DNA from: an uncultured bacterium
Lineage (GTDB): Bacteria; Fidelibacterota; Marinisomatia; Marinisomatales; UBA1611
Reading direction: 5' to 3'
NCBI GenBank assembly: GCA_965660855.1
Contig: CBFIBM010000007.1
Location: forward strand, 28,569-92,568
DNA: 64,000 nucleotides
Under the pieces are notes generated by a model. It worked only from the letters and a program-made list of their open reading frames with translations, searched no databases and was not told where the DNA came from. Shown here piece by piece: positions 10,411-22,600 of the stretch. The position numbers were made by a program, and so were the translations under genes. Position 1 is the first letter of the stretch. The number at the start of each line of letters is the position of its first letter.

Positions 10411-11198
10411 AATCTATTAAAAAAGATACAATTAAATTTATAAAAGCTAATTTAAAATTTTCTGGAGATACCGCTATAATTCTTGGTTCTGGATTAGGGC
10501 ATATATCGGATCTAGTTGAGAAAAGAAGATCTATCAAATATGGAAAAATACCAAACTATCCAGAATCTACAATTGAAGGACATGCTGGAGAATTGGTATC
10601 TGGAATAATTCAAGGTAAACAGATCCTTATTGCAAATGGTAGATTTCACCTTTATGAAGGATATAGTAGAGAACAAATACTTTATCCTTTCAAAATTTTT
10701 AAGGATTTAGGTATAAAAAACATTATAATTACAAATTCTTCAGGGAGTTTAAATAAGAATTACTCCCCAGGCACAATAATTATGATTGATAAGCATTTTA
10801 ACTTATCTTTCCAAGAGGATTATAAGGATCCTAAAATAAATGAAGGAAATGAATTCTATTCAAAATATTTATTAGAAATAGCAGTAGCAGCAGCAGCTTC
10901 AACAAATATTAAATTTTTGAAAGGAACTTATTGTTGGGTTTTAGGACCGATGTATGAGACTCCAGAAGAAATTTATTATTTCCGCTCTTTAGGAGGTGAT
11001 GCCGTTGGTATGAGTGGTGTTCCTGAAGTAGAAATATGCAAACAGTTTGATTTTTCAGTTTTAATGATATCAAATTTGACTAATTATGCAGCGGGTATCT
11101 CTGACAAAAAATTAACACATGAAGACGTTATATCTAATGCTTTGAATAATAAAGGAACACTGACAAATTTTTTATTGAACTTAATTAAGAGATTATGA
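10407..11198 (+). CDS. punA: Purine-nucleoside phosphorylase, trimeric (PNP I/XapA-like) family
   Basis: ILGSGLG, GHAGEL, GRFHLYEG, GPMYETPEE, DAVGMS, TNYAAG. Confidence 0.9.
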   Translation: MKSIKKDTIKFIKANLKFSGDTAIILGSGLGHISDLVEKRRSIKYGKIPNYPESTIEGHAGELVSGIIQGKQILIANGRFHLYEGYSREQILYPFKIFKDLGIKNIIITNSSGSLNKNYSPGTIIMIDKHFNLSFQEDYKDPKINEGNEFYSKYLLEIAVAAAASTNIKFLKGTYCWVLGPMYETPEEIYYFRSLGGDAVGMSGVPEVEICKQFDFSVLMISNLTNYAAGISDKKLTHEDVISNALNNKGTLTNFLLNLIKRL

Positions 11199-11202
11199 AG
11201 TT

Positions 11203-12369
11203 ATGAAAATTCGAAAAGAAATTAAAAAAATTGAAGATCAAATAATTAATTGGAGAAGATACTTCCATCAGAATCCAGAATTAGGTTTTAAAGAATTCAG
11301 TACTGCTGAAAAAATATTTAATGATTTAAAAAAAATGGGTTTAAATCCAAAAAAGAACATCGGTAAAACTGGAGTTATAGCTGATTTAATATTTGGCGAA
11401 GGTCCTATGGTTGCTTTTAGAGCTGACATGGATGCACTTCCAATACAAGAAACAAGTGGATTGAGTTTTTCTTCAAAAAATGATGGAGTTATGCATGCAT
11501 GTGGGCATGACGGACATATGGCGATGCTTCTAGCAACTGCAAAAGTTTTGACTGAAAATAAAAAATATCATAACTATGGATCTATTCGATTTATTTTTCA
11601 ACCTGCAGAAGAAGGCTTTGGAGGAGCTAAATATATGATTGAAGATGGAGTTCTTGATGGAGTTGATGAAATTTATGGTATACACCTCTGGAATTATCAA
11701 CCTTTTGGTGAAGTTGGGGTGAAAGAAGGGCCTATAATGGCTGCAGCAGATAAATTTAGTATTAAAGTTAGGGGTGTTGGAGGTCATGGAGCAGCTCCTC
11801 AAGGGACTGTTGATTCAATTATAGTTGCTTCTCAACTTGTTCAGACTCTCCAAACTATAGTTAGCAGAAATATAAACCCTATAGACAGTGCTGTTATTAC
11901 AATTGGAAAGATTAATGGTGGTAATAATTTTAATGTTATCGCTGACGAAGTTGATTTAATTGGTACAGTTAGAGCATATACAGAAAAAAATAGAGACTTA
12001 TTGAAGCAGAGGATGGGTGAAATAGTTAATGGCGTTTCAAGAAGCTTTAATTCTAAGATTGATTTTAATTATATTGACTGCTACCCACCAACAATTAATC
12101 ATAAAAAACAATCAGAGACTGTTTTAGAAGCTGCTAAAATTGTTGTTGGTGAAAAAGCAGGAGAGCCATATTTATCAATGGGAGGTGAGGATTTTGCATA
12201 TTATCTACAAAAAAAACCTGGATGTTTCTTTTTTGTAGGCTCTGCTCCTAATAAAAAATCTTTATTTGAAACACCACACCATTGCTCACATTTTGATATG
12301 GATGAAAAGGCACTGCTAATAGGACCTTCGATATTTTTAAATATCGTAGATAATTTATTTAGAAATTAA
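11203..12369 (+). CDS. M20D-family amidohydrolase
   Basis: RADMDALP, MHACGHDGH, FQPAEEG, GGHGA.P, GGEDFA. Confidence 0.93.
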   Translation: MKIRKEIKKIEDQIINWRRYFHQNPELGFKEFSTAEKIFNDLKKMGLNPKKNIGKTGVIADLIFGEGPMVAFRADMDALPIQETSGLSFSSKNDGVMHACGHDGHMAMLLATAKVLTENKKYHNYGSIRFIFQPAEEGFGGAKYMIEDGVLDGVDEIYGIHLWNYQPFGEVGVKEGPIMAAADKFSIKVRGVGGHGAAPQGTVDSIIVASQLVQTLQTIVSRNINPIDSAVITIGKINGGNNFNVIADEVDLIGTVRAYTEKNRDLLKQRMGEIVNGVSRSFNSKIDFNYIDCYPPTINHKKQSETVLEAAKIVVGEKAGEPYLSMGGEDFAYYLQKKPGCFFFVGSAPNKKSLFETPHHCSHFDMDEKALLIGPSIFLNIVDNLFRN

Positions 12370-14054
12370 TATCCTACTGCTGATGTTTCCCCTCTTGTAT
12401 CACCACCACCATAATAACCATTTTCTTTTATTATGATTCCATTAGCTTCCCCAATATACCCACCACCTCTGTAATAGGAAACCTTATGTCCACGTTTTTT
12501 GAGGTTTTCTAAAACATCTTTAATTATACCGTATGGCTCAATTTGTATTTCATCCGGTAACCATTGAGAATGAAATCTAGGAGCTGAGACAGCTTCTTTG
12601 ATATCCATGTTATGTTCAATAATATTAAGAATTGATTGCATTACAGTTGTAATAATTGTAGATCCACCAGGTGATCCAATCACTATATATGGTGAATTCT
12701 CTTTTAAAACTATAGTGGGAGTCATAGATGAAAGAGGTCTTTTATGTGGTTCAATTGCATTAGCTTCATTTCCAACAAGTCCAAATGCATTAGGAATTCC
12801 AGGTTTTGATGAAAAATCATCCATTTCATTATTTAAAAAAAAACCAGCACCTTCTACAACATGACCATTCCCATAGTTTAAATTTATTGTAGTTGTTACG
12901 CTTACAGCATTACCCCATTGATCTACAACAGAATAATGTGTTGTTTCGGTAGATTCATATTGATTTAACGTAGAAGCTGATATGTTGCTACTTAGTGTTG
13001 CCTTATTCAAATCGATGTCGCGAATTCGATTTTTAGAATAATCTTTAGAAGTAAGTATCGTGGTTGGAACTTCCCAAAAATCAGGGTCGCCTAAATGAAC
13101 TGCTCTATCTGCATATGCTCTTCTCTCAACTTCTGTTAATAAATGTACATAATCTGATGAATTCCATCCCATCGTATCAAGGGAGAATTCCTCCAGCATA
13201 TTTAGCATATTAATTAATAATACACCTCCGGAGCTAGGTGGTCCCATTGATATTATTTTATAGTCTTTATATGTCCCCAATACAGGATCACGGTATATAG
13301 ATGAATATTCTTCAAGGTCAGTTAAGCTAATTATTCCATTCCCTCTTTTCATTTCTTTTACAATTAAATCAGCAACTGGGCCTGAATAAAAACCAGAACG
13401 TCCATGTTTTGAAATTCTTTTTAAAGTTTTTTCTAGATCTTTTTGTTTAAAAAGATCTCCTTTTTTCCAAAGAGTATTATCTTTTTTTACAAAAATTCTT
13501 TTTGCGGCTTCATTCCTTTTAAAAAAATCTTTATATAAATTAAATCGCTCAGCTTCATAATGAGAAAGTTTAAAGCCTCTACCGGCCAATCGTATTGCTG
13601 GAGCGAGTATTTGTTGCCGAGATATGGTCCCTGAACCGTGATCATTTAAAGCTTTTAGTAAACCATCAACAGTTCCAGGTACTCCACTACTTGCTCTTGA
13701 ATAAAGTGACATTCCATTTATTATATCACCGTTATTATCTAAATACATATTTTTTGTTGATTTTTCTGGAGATTTTTCCCTATGATCAATTGTAAACGTA
13801 TCTCCATTCTTCATGGTCGCTACCAAAAACCCACCACCACCAAGATTTCCATTTCCTGAACTTGTCACTGCTAGTGCAAATCCTACTGCAACAGCAGCAT
13901 CAATTGCATTTCCACCTTTTTTTAGAATTTCAACTCCGGCTTCAGATGCTTGTTTACTAGTAGATACAACCATACCGTTTTCACCAAAGATAGGATCCTC
14001 ACTCGCTGGAAAAATTAAACAATATAAAAAGATTAACATAAAAATATATTTCAT
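12366..14054 (-). CDS. ggt: Gamma-glutamyltransferase (exported)
   Basis: Signal peptide, GGNAIDAA, ETTHYSVVD (Thr nucleophile), NNEMDDF, PLSSMTP, GSPGGS. Confidence 0.95.
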   Translation of the reverse strand: MKYIFMLIFLYCLIFPASEDPIFGENGMVVSTSKQASEAGVEILKKGGNAIDAAVAVGFALAVTSSGNGNLGGGGFLVATMKNGDTFTIDHREKSPEKSTKNMYLDNNGDIINGMSLYSRASSGVPGTVDGLLKALNDHGSGTISRQQILAPAIRLAGRGFKLSHYEAERFNLYKDFFKRNEAAKRIFVKKDNTLWKKGDLFKQKDLEKTLKRISKHGRSGFYSGPVADLIVKEMKRGNGIISLTDLEEYSSIYRDPVLGTYKDYKIISMGPPSSGGVLLINMLNMLEEFSLDTMGWNSSDYVHLLTEVERRAYADRAVHLGDPDFWEVPTTILTSKDYSKNRIRDIDLNKATLSSNISASTLNQYESTETTHYSVVDQWGNAVSVTTTINLNYGNGHVVEGAGFFLNNEMDDFSSKPGIPNAFGLVGNEANAIEPHKRPLSSMTPTIVLKENSPYIVIGSPGGSTIITTVMQSILNIIEHNMDIKEAVSAPRFHSQWLPDEIQIEPYGIIKDVLENLKKRGHKVSYYRGGGYIGEANGIIIKENGYYGGGDTRGETSAVGY

Positions 14055-14066
14055 AATAAAATTATT

Positions 14067-15389
14067 TTAAATATTATCTTTTATTAAGTTTAAAATTTGA
14101 TCTTCAGATATACGCTCTTGCTTTTGAGAATCACGATATCTAATAGTCACACTATTATCCTCTAGTGATTGGTGGTCTATTGTTATACCAAAAGGGGTGC
14201 CCGCTTCATCTTGCCTGTAGTACCTCTTCCCAATAGATCCTTGTTGATCATAGATTACTTTAAAATGAGTTTTTAATTCTTCAACAATATTACGAGCTTT
14301 TTCAGGAAGACCATCTTTTTTAACTAATGGGCAGATTACAGCTTTTACTGGCGCTATTCGAGGATCTATCTTCATTACAACACGATTATTTTCAAGATCT
14401 TCCCAATAAGAATCGGAAAGTATCGTTAAAAGCATACGATTAAGACCTGCAGAAGTTTCTATGATGTATGGTAAAAACCTTTCATTATTTGGTTGATCAA
14501 AATAAGATAAGTTTTTACCTGAAAACTCTTGATGTCTTCTAAGATCAAAATCAGTTCTATTATGAATACCCTCAATTTCTGACCACCCAAATGGAAATTC
14601 GTATTCAATATCCCAAGCCTCTTTTGCATAATGTGCAAGCTCTTCGTTTTGGTGCTCATGAAATCGTAGCTTTGATTTTGTAATTCCTAACTTTTCATAA
14701 TAAAAATCATATCTCTTAGTCTTCCACTCAATCATTGTTTTGTCATCTGAACCAGGTTTAACAAAATATTGCATTTCCATTTGTTCAAATTCTCTTGTTC
14801 TAAAAATAAAATTTCTAGCAATAATTTCATTCCTAAATGCTTTACCAATTTGGGCAATTCCGAAAGGAATTTTTGTCCTCATTGCCCCTTGTATTAGCTG
14901 GTAATTAACGTAAATACCTTGTGCTGTTTCAGGTCTTAAAAATGCATCTGTACCTTTTTCTTCTACAGGACCAACGCTAGTTTTAAACATTAAATTAAAT
15001 TGTCGTGGCTTTGTGAGTAGACCTGTTGTTCCACACTTCAGGCACTTAGTCTTTTTCCAATCAATATTTTTATACTCTTCAGAAAACTCATCTGCTCTAA
15101 AACGTGCTTTACATTGCTTGCAATCTACGAGTGGATCATTGAAAGCTCCTGTGTGTCCAGAGGCTTCCCATATTTTTGGATGCATCAAAATTCCACTATC
15201 TAAGCCTACAATATTCTCATGTATTTGTGTCATTTCTTTCCACCAAAGTTGAGATATATTGTTTTTAAGCTCTATACCTAATGGACCGTAGTCATAAACA
15301 GCAGAGAATCCTCCGTAGATATCAGAGCTCTGAAATACAAAACCTCTTCTTTTACAAAGAGAGACAATCTTCTCGATAGTTTTATCCAT
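14067..15389 (-). CDS. glyQS: Glycine--tRNA ligase, homodimeric (alpha2) type
   Basis: LRPETAQG, GKAFRNEI, FRTREFEQME, EIEGIHNRTDFDL, GSIGKRY.RQDE.GTP. Confidence 0.96.
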   Translation of the reverse strand: MDKTIEKIVSLCKRRGFVFQSSDIYGGFSAVYDYGPLGIELKNNISQLWWKEMTQIHENIVGLDSGILMHPKIWEASGHTGAFNDPLVDCKQCKARFRADEFSEEYKNIDWKKTKCLKCGTTGLLTKPRQFNLMFKTSVGPVEEKGTDAFLRPETAQGIYVNYQLIQGAMRTKIPFGIAQIGKAFRNEIIARNFIFRTREFEQMEMQYFVKPGSDDKTMIEWKTKRYDFYYEKLGITKSKLRFHEHQNEELAHYAKEAWDIEYEFPFGWSEIEGIHNRTDFDLRRHQEFSGKNLSYFDQPNNERFLPYIIETSAGLNRMLLTILSDSYWEDLENNRVVMKIDPRIAPVKAVICPLVKKDGLPEKARNIVEELKTHFKVIYDQQGSIGKRYYRQDEAGTPFGITIDHQSLEDNSVTIRYRDSQKQERISEDQILNLIKDNI

Positions 15390-15419
15390 TATACCTTTAT
15401 TATAAGTTTATTTTTAATT

Positions 15420-17942
15420 TTACTTCTTCTTATTACTCTTTTTTCTAGTTTTTTTCTTTTTTGCAGGAGCTAATCGTTTTTGATTAATTAATTCTACTGC
15501 TTGTTCAAGTGTGATTTCTTCAGGTGATAAGTTTCCTTTTAATGATACATTTACTTTTCCATCACTTATATAAGGCCCATAACGTCCGCTTTTAACACTT
15601 ATTGTCTTACCAGTTTCAGGGTGATCTCCAACAGTTCTTAAGTCAGAACTTTTTTTATTTCTATTTGCTAGTAATTCAACTGATTTCTCTAAGGTCACGT
15701 TAAGTGGCGTATCGGGGTCTTGGATACTTGCATTTTGTTTACCACAACGCAAATATGGGCCATATCTTCCATAATCAGCTGTTATCTGGTCTCCAGTTTC
15801 AGGGTGATTTCCAATAACTCTCGGTAAACTTAATAGTTTTAAAGCGTAATTTAAATCAACTTCAGATAATGGATAGTTCTTAGGTATTCCTTTTCTTTTT
15901 GTTGTCTCACCTAGCTGAACATAGAAACCATATGGTCCTTTCTTAATCCATACAGAATCACCAGACTCAGGATCTGAACCTAGCGGTTCATCTTCTTGAG
16001 TAACATGTTTGAATATTTCTTCTACTTTTTCTAATGTTAAATCACCAAGATAAACATTCTCTGGGATTGATCGAGTATCATCATCTCTCCTAAGATATGG
16101 TCCAAATTTTCCAATACGGCCCTCAGTTGTATTCGAAATTTTTTCGGGTAGAGTAATTGTACAAGCTTTTGGGATATCAACTTTTTCATTCAACATTTTT
16201 TCTAAACCAATAAATTCACCACCACCAAAATAGAAATTTTTAATGAAAGGCTCTGATGAAGTTTCACCCCTTGATATTTCATCTAAAGAATTCTCCATAT
16301 TTGCAGTAAAAGTTTTATCTACAAGGTTGGTAAAATGTTCTTCTAATAACTGAGTTACAGCTACGCCTAAAAAAGTTGGAGTCAACTTTCCACTGTTGCG
16401 ATTAACATATCCTCTCTTTACAATAGTCCCAATTATTGAAGCAAATGTAGATGGACGTCCAATTCCATTTTCTTCAAGTGATTTTACTAATGATGCTTCT
16501 GTATATCTTGCTGGTGGTTTTGTATTATGCTCTTCGGAACTTAGTGTTTCACAAGTCAATTTATTTCCTTCTTGAAGAGTGGGTAATGTTCTCTCTTTGT
16601 TCTCGAGGTCTTTTTCTGGGTTATCTCTTCCTTCAACATATGCTCTCATATATCCAGGAAACAAAATAACTTGTCCATTAGCTCTGAATTCAGCTTTTTG
16701 ATTGATAACAGTTACGGAGGTTTGCATTAATTTGGCAGACTTCATTTGACTTGCGATTGTTCTCTTCCAAATTAGATCAAAAAGAGAGGCAGCTTGATCT
16801 CCAAGTAATTTTTGCACATCTTCTTTAGTATGAAATTTACTACCCGCAGGTCGAATTGCTTCATGAGCCTCCTGTGCATTTTTAACTCTGGTACTGTAGG
16901 ATCTTTCTTTTTCGGGTAGATAGTCATTCCCATAAAGACTTTCTATAATTTTTCGAGAACCTCTTACTGCTTCATCAGATAAATTTGTAGAGTCTGTGCG
17001 CATGTAGGTGATAAATCCATTCTCATAAAGTTTTTGGGCAGTACTCATTGTTTGACGTGCGGAACTTCTGAGCTTTCTTGACGCTTCTTGCTGTAGTGTA
17101 CTGGTTGTAAAAGGGGGCTTTGGGTTCGAAGTTCTCGGCTTTTCATTTATAGACGAAACTTTCCAAGTTCCTTTTTCTAATTCTCTTAATAATTCATCCG
17201 CTTGTGATTCAGATAATAAAAGTGAATTTTTATTTTTTAATTTACCTGAAATGGGGTCAAAGTCATTGCTGTTAGCTATCTTATCATTATTTAGTCTAAT
17301 TAGAGTGGCTTCAAATGTAATGTTATTATGAATAAAGATAGCTTTTAAGTCGTAATAGTTAGTTTTAAGATATTTAGCTCTTATTCGGTCTTTATCAACT
17401 ACAAGTTTCACAGCTGAGGACTGGACTCTTCCTGCAGATAAAGTAGTATTGACAAATTTCATATTACTCTGAAGAGTTGCCCATAAAACTGGAGAAACTT
17501 TATATCCAACTAATCGATCAATAACCCTTCTTGCTGTTTGTGCTTTTACTAAGTCCGTGTCAATACTTCTTACATTTTTTATTCCATCCATTATCCCTGC
17601 TTTAGTTATTTCTGTAAATTGGACTCTTTCCATCTTTTCTTCAGGGACTTCAGTAGCAAGATGAGCGGCAATTGCTTCACCCTCTCTATCAGGATCTGTT
17701 GCAATTAGAACTCGTGGTGCTATTTTTGATTTTTTACGTAATTCAGATATAAACTTTTTTTTATCTGGAAGAACAGATAGTTTTATTTCAAAATTATTTT
17801 CAATATCTATTCCTAATTCATTGCTTGGTAAATCCTTGACATGACCAACACATGAAATCACATCATAATCATTATTCAAATATTTTTGAATAGTTTTTAC
17901 TTTTGTAGGTGATTCAACAATTAATACAGATTTTTGACTCAT
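15420..17942 (-). CDS. topA: DNA topoisomerase I with cysteine-free C-terminal repeats and a Lys-rich tail
   Basis: IVESPTK, ATDPDREGE, SAGRVQS, ITYMRTDS, GIGRPST; four G(R/K/P)(Y/F)G(P/F)Y repeats. Start placed at MSQKSV (17942). Confidence 0.96.
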   Translation of the reverse strand: MSQKSVLIVESPTKVKTIQKYLNNDYDVISCVGHVKDLPSNELGIDIENNFEIKLSVLPDKKKFISELRKKSKIAPRVLIATDPDREGEAIAAHLATEVPEEKMERVQFTEITKAGIMDGIKNVRSIDTDLVKAQTARRVIDRLVGYKVSPVLWATLQSNMKFVNTTLSAGRVQSSAVKLVVDKDRIRAKYLKTNYYDLKAIFIHNNITFEATLIRLNNDKIANSNDFDPISGKLKNKNSLLLSESQADELLRELEKGTWKVSSINEKPRTSNPKPPFTTSTLQQEASRKLRSSARQTMSTAQKLYENGFITYMRTDSTNLSDEAVRGSRKIIESLYGNDYLPEKERSYSTRVKNAQEAHEAIRPAGSKFHTKEDVQKLLGDQAASLFDLIWKRTIASQMKSAKLMQTSVTVINQKAEFRANGQVILFPGYMRAYVEGRDNPEKDLENKERTLPTLQEGNKLTCETLSSEEHNTKPPARYTEASLVKSLEENGIGRPSTFASIIGTIVKRGYVNRNSGKLTPTFLGVAVTQLLEEHFTNLVDKTFTANMENSLDEISRGETSSEPFIKNFYFGGGEFIGLEKMLNEKVDIPKACTITLPEKISNTTEGRIGKFGPYLRRDDDTRSIPENVYLGDLTLEKVEEIFKHVTQEDEPLGSDPESGDSVWIKKGPYGFYVQLGETTKRKGIPKNYPLSEVDLNYALKLLSLPRVIGNHPETGDQITADYGRYGPYLRCGKQNASIQDPDTPLNVTLEKSVELLANRNKKSSDLRTVGDHPETGKTISVKSGRYGPYISDGKVNVSLKGNLSPEEITLEQAVELINQKRLAPAKKKKTRKKSNKKK

Positions 17943-17946
17943 TTTA

Positions 17947-19215
17947 CTATTCCCTAATGATTTTATAATCTTTTTCAAAAAATTTTATAATCTCAGATCT
18001 AGTTAAGGCTCTTTGATTTTGTTCTTTAAGATTTTTAACTATAAGCATCCCATTGGATAATTCTTCTTCTCCAATAATTATAACATAACTAGCATTAATT
18101 TTATTCGCTTCTCGCATTTGTGCCTTTAAACTCCTACGTAACGGATCTGAAGTAACAGATAACTTTAAATTTCTTAGCTTAGTTGATAAAAAAAGTGATT
18201 CAGAAAGCGCACCTTCAAAAAGACATGCGATGTAGACATCAATACTGGGCTTAACCTCATCATTTTTCATTGCGATTAAAAAGCGTTCTAGCCCCGCAGC
18301 AAAACCAATACTTGGAGTTGGTTTACCGCCTAGGTCTGATAAAAGAGAATCGTAACGCCCGCCACCAATAAGAGTATCTTGTGCTCCTAATTTAGTAGAG
18401 GAAAACTCAAAAACTGTTCTTGAATAATAATCGAGACCACGAACAAGTTTTGGATTAATTGTAAATGGAATATCTAAAATTTTTAGAAGCTCTTTTACTT
18501 TTTCAAAATGGTATAAATCCTTATCTGTATAATATTTTGAAATTTTTGGAGCATCATTTAAAATTAATTGTTCTTTTTTTGATTTTGTATCCAATAATCT
18601 TAGCGTATTTTCTTTAAATCGATTTTGACTTACCTCTGAAAATTCTTGCAAGTGTGGTTTTAAAAAATCTTTTAAAGCCTCTTTATAATTATTCCTGCAA
18701 TCATTTGATCCAAGACTATTTAAATTTAAAGTAACTGATTCATGCAGCTTGCAATTTAAAATAATGTTCCAAGCTAAAGAGATTACCTCTACATCTATTT
18801 CTGGATATTTTGATCCTAGTGCTTCTACTCCGAATTGATGAAATTGTCTTTGTCTACCTTTCTGTGGCCTTTCGCGTCTAAATAGGGGACCGAGGTAATA
18901 TAATCTATTTATTGGTGATTTTGTATTAAGATTGTTTTGAATAAATGCTCTTGCAACACTAGCTGTAAGTTCTGGCCGGAGTGTTAAGCTTGTACCATCC
19001 CTATCATTCCAACTATACATTTCCTTAGAGACAATATCTGTTTCTGTACCCACAGATCTTGAAAAAAGTTGAGTTTGTTCGAAAATGGGAGTTCTTATTT
19101 CTTCATATCCAAAAATTTTACAGTTATGATTTACAATTTTTTCAAGTTTCTGCCATTTAAATGATTCCGGAGGTAAAATATCATGAGTTCCTTTTATATT
19201 TCGTATAATTTTCAT
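17947..19215 (-). CDS. hisS: Histidine--tRNA ligase
   Basis: LRPELTA, FRRERPQKGRQRQFHQ, LVRGLDYY, GGGRYD, GFAAGLER. Confidence 0.97.
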   Translation of the reverse strand: MKIIRNIKGTHDILPPESFKWQKLEKIVNHNCKIFGYEEIRTPIFEQTQLFSRSVGTETDIVSKEMYSWNDRDGTSLTLRPELTASVARAFIQNNLNTKSPINRLYYLGPLFRRERPQKGRQRQFHQFGVEALGSKYPEIDVEVISLAWNIILNCKLHESVTLNLNSLGSNDCRNNYKEALKDFLKPHLQEFSEVSQNRFKENTLRLLDTKSKKEQLILNDAPKISKYYTDKDLYHFEKVKELLKILDIPFTINPKLVRGLDYYSRTVFEFSSTKLGAQDTLIGGGRYDSLLSDLGGKPTPSIGFAAGLERFLIAMKNDEVKPSIDVYIACLFEGALSESLFLSTKLRNLKLSVTSDPLRRSLKAQMREANKINASYVIIIGEEELSNGMLIVKNLKEQNQRALTRSEIIKFFEKDYKIIRE

Positions 19216-19553
19216 TTTTTACTCTCTTCGATAATCTGGAATGTTAAATCAGAAGCTTTTTTCATATGGCTATCTGGTACAAAAATACGAACCGTTTCAC
19301 CTACAATACCTGTTCCAGTAACACTATAAGCAGAGGATGCCCAGTCCATCTTTAAATAATAAGGAATATTATTATCATCTAAAATTTCTGAAGCCATATC
19401 AGCAAATATTTTCCCATTAAAAACTGGAAGTGAGCCCCATTTCATCTCTGGAATAGGTAGGTCTAAAAGGCAAGCATCTACTAACTGTAAATTGCAGTCA
19501 CCACAATTTTTTACATCGTTTAAATATTCAGCATAGCAATTAGGACAAATCAT
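19212..19553 (-). CDS. Small protein with N-terminal zinc ribbon and DUF2007-like domain
   Basis: CPNC...CGDC followed by A..ILDDNNIPY...VRIFVP....KA. Confidence 0.65.
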   Translation of the reverse strand: MICPNCYAEYLNDVKNCGDCNLQLVDACLLDLPIPEMKWGSLPVFNGKIFADMASEILDDNNIPYYLKMDWASSAYSVTGTGIVGETVRIFVPDSHMKKASDLTFQIIEESKK

Positions 19554-19608
19554 ATTTTATTTTATAGATGAATTTCTATAATTGCGATAAATAGTACAAT
19601 TAAAGATT

Positions 19609-22600
19609 TTATATTCCTGCACCAGAATAGACTCCTCCTTTTTTTTCTAATTTAAGATCTTTTAACGTTGGTGACTTAACATTTATCTTAAAATTGATTC
19701 CTTGTCCTAATCCATTAGGAGTCCAGTTTAAAGAAAGTTCCCAACAATGTAAGTCTCGATATACAGAAAAAGAATGATTTATTAAGTCTTGTTCAAGCAA
19801 ATCAAATCTAGCTCTATAGGAAATCCGCCATTTATCCGTAATGTTTATTATAGAGTTTGAATTTGCCCAGAATGTTTTTGACTTATTTGAAGGATTTTGA
19901 GAATTCAAAGAGTAGCTTAAACTAATACTTGTACTCCAGAGTTGATTATTATTAATGGAGTTTTTTATGTTTTTAATAGAGTTAGTTATGCCTGAATCGA
20001 CAAAATCACTATCGATAGATGTCGTATCTTTAAATGTTTTTCCAATATCATCATTTTGCTTCCATTTTTTACTTTTAATTCTAATACTCGTAGCTAATCT
20101 GGCATTCACTAATCTGGGAGTAATTAGTCCTGAAATATTTTTATTAAAATTAGCTAATCGTTTATTTTTTTCACTATCAAAAGAGTATAAATCATGAGTC
20201 ATTGATAAATCTAAATTTAATTTTTTAAGTATTTTTGATCTAATACTTGATCTTATATTTGTAAAATGAAGAGAGTCTGCAGCTAAGTTATATCCAGAAT
20301 TTATACGCCAATTAAATAAATCAACCTTTTTCTCTTCTTTTCCATCAAAGATTTTTGCTTGAAATATGTTATTTAATCCAAAAGTCATTGATTTTTGTTC
20401 TGATTTTGGTGTGTTTCCAGCAATTGTACCTGAAAAACGATCCAAAGATCCAATCTCAATACCATCACTATCAAATTTCTTTTTTACATAACCAAAATTT
20501 TTCCCAAATACTTCATCAGAAAAATCAGGAGTCCATGAATATCCAATATTTGGAGATATAACATGCCTAATCGATTTAATTGGACCAAACGGGATGGGGA
20601 TTAATCCATAAACTTGAGTACTACTATTAATTGAGAACGATCCAGTTGTACGGGAATCAAAACCAATTCTCTCATTCTTAATAAATTTATTTTCATCCTC
20701 ATCCCATATACCATCGTATGTCTTATTGACCCATGCTGATTTAATATTTATTCGAGGATTTATTGATATATATTTAAATAATTTTTGCGGAGCGTTAATT
20801 GCAGAGGTATGCACCCAACCATCATTTTCATCATTTTTTTGATTGTCGCTCCAAAAAAACTGATTTGAATCAGATTCTATCGACTCAAAATAAAATCGTT
20901 GAACATTTGTATAGTTAAGTCCATAGTTCCATGTAATTGTATTATACCATTTTTTATCAATTGCAGTAGTTGGGAAAAAATGACTTTGACCATGTCTAAA
21001 AGAAAATTTTGGAAATGTTTGATTTTTAGAATTTAATTGAGTTCCAGATCGATTTGGGTTTATAAAATAATTGCTATTAAGATTTACCTTTTCTTGAATT
21101 AGTAAGTCCTGATTTGAGTAGAAACTAATGCTTATTGAATTTTTTGATTTTGGCCATCGTTTTGAATAAGAAATATTAGAGATTGCTTTTTGGTCCATTC
21201 TTTCTGTTTCTGTTAGTCCATATTTTTTATTGTAGTCTCCACTGGATGAATAAGTTATGTTTGCATTTAAAGATTGATTATTCCTCATTTGTTGTTTGTG
21301 ATTCCATCGCACTGTGGTGCTGACTTTTTTATCTCCAAAAATATCACCAATATTTTTGGTACCACTTAGAAATTGTCTATTAGAAAAGTTTAAACTTCCA
21401 TTAAATTTATAACGAAGCCGATATTGACTATTTACATTAAAGGTATATCCTTGTTTATCGCCAAACCCCATTGTGATTTTTGAATCCCAATAATCATTTG
21501 GAGCCCAGTAAAACCCAAGTCCTTGTATATATTGTCCTCTGCTTTTGTTGTCGCCATATGAAGGCATTATCCATCCTGAGTGCCTTTGGCCACCCTTATG
21601 AGGAAAAATTCCAAAAGGAATTCCCAGTATAGGTATTTGGGCAATATGTAAAATAATAGGACGAGCAACAACAATATCATTTTGTATAATTTTCATGTTA
21701 TGTGATTCAAAATGGAAATGTGCAGTATCTAAGTCGCAGGTTGTATAGGTAGAATTTTCTATAAAAATTGTATTTGAAGTTTCATTTTGGATTTTATTAC
21801 CTCTGTAATAGCCATCATCTGCTTGTGTACGACCTTTTTTAATTCTACCTTTTTTAGTATCTAGGTTATATGTCATTCGCTCACCAGTCATTGGATCTTT
21901 TTTTGATTCTTTAATAATTGGTAATAAGATTTCGTTCTCATTAAAGATTGAATTTGGATAGGCGTTTAAAATATTATTATTCCAATTAATATTTATATGA
22001 CCAGCCTTTAAATTTGTTTTATCATGGGTGATACTTGAATTTCCAAAAAGGTCAGTTTCTTTAATTTTAAGCATATAATGAATTTTATCTGCTTCGTATA
22101 ATATAGGAGAATTAATATTATTCTCAGTTGAATCAGGGTTATATTTTCCTTCTGCACCCCCATATACCTCTAATTCATTTATTTGATTTTCATCAAAACT
22201 TATAATTATTGAATCGCCAGAGACTTGATTGTTACCTTTGTATAAAGAATCTTCAAAAACATGGTATAGAGTCTTGGACATACCATTAAGTTTTAAGGAG
22301 TCTAAGTTATCATTTGAAAAACTACCAAATAATTCTTTACCTTCAATTTTGTCTTTGAAAGAAACTTTTATTAACGAATCATCTACAGTTTTTATAAATC
22401 CAGTTTTAATGATATCTGATGTAGCTTTAGAGGGGATATAAATTTTTCTTAAGCTTTTATCAATATAGGTCAATTTTATCTCGTTTCCTGATAACATTCT
22501 AGATTGATCAAATATTTTAGGATTACCTTGCAAGATAGTAGATTCATTGAGCCCATTGTAGTCCGCAATTTCTGATTCAGAAAAGATTGTAGAGTCTTGA

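Noticed and set aside
12366..14054. ggt as a CapD-like partner of the CapA protein (poly-gamma-glutamate capsule)
   Set aside because: It is 17 kb away, in a housekeeping run, looks like an ordinary GGT, and capB/capC are not present.
15420..16150. TopA C-terminal repeats as a novelty
   Set aside because: Cysteine-free C-terminal repeats with a basic tail are a known topoisomerase I architecture.
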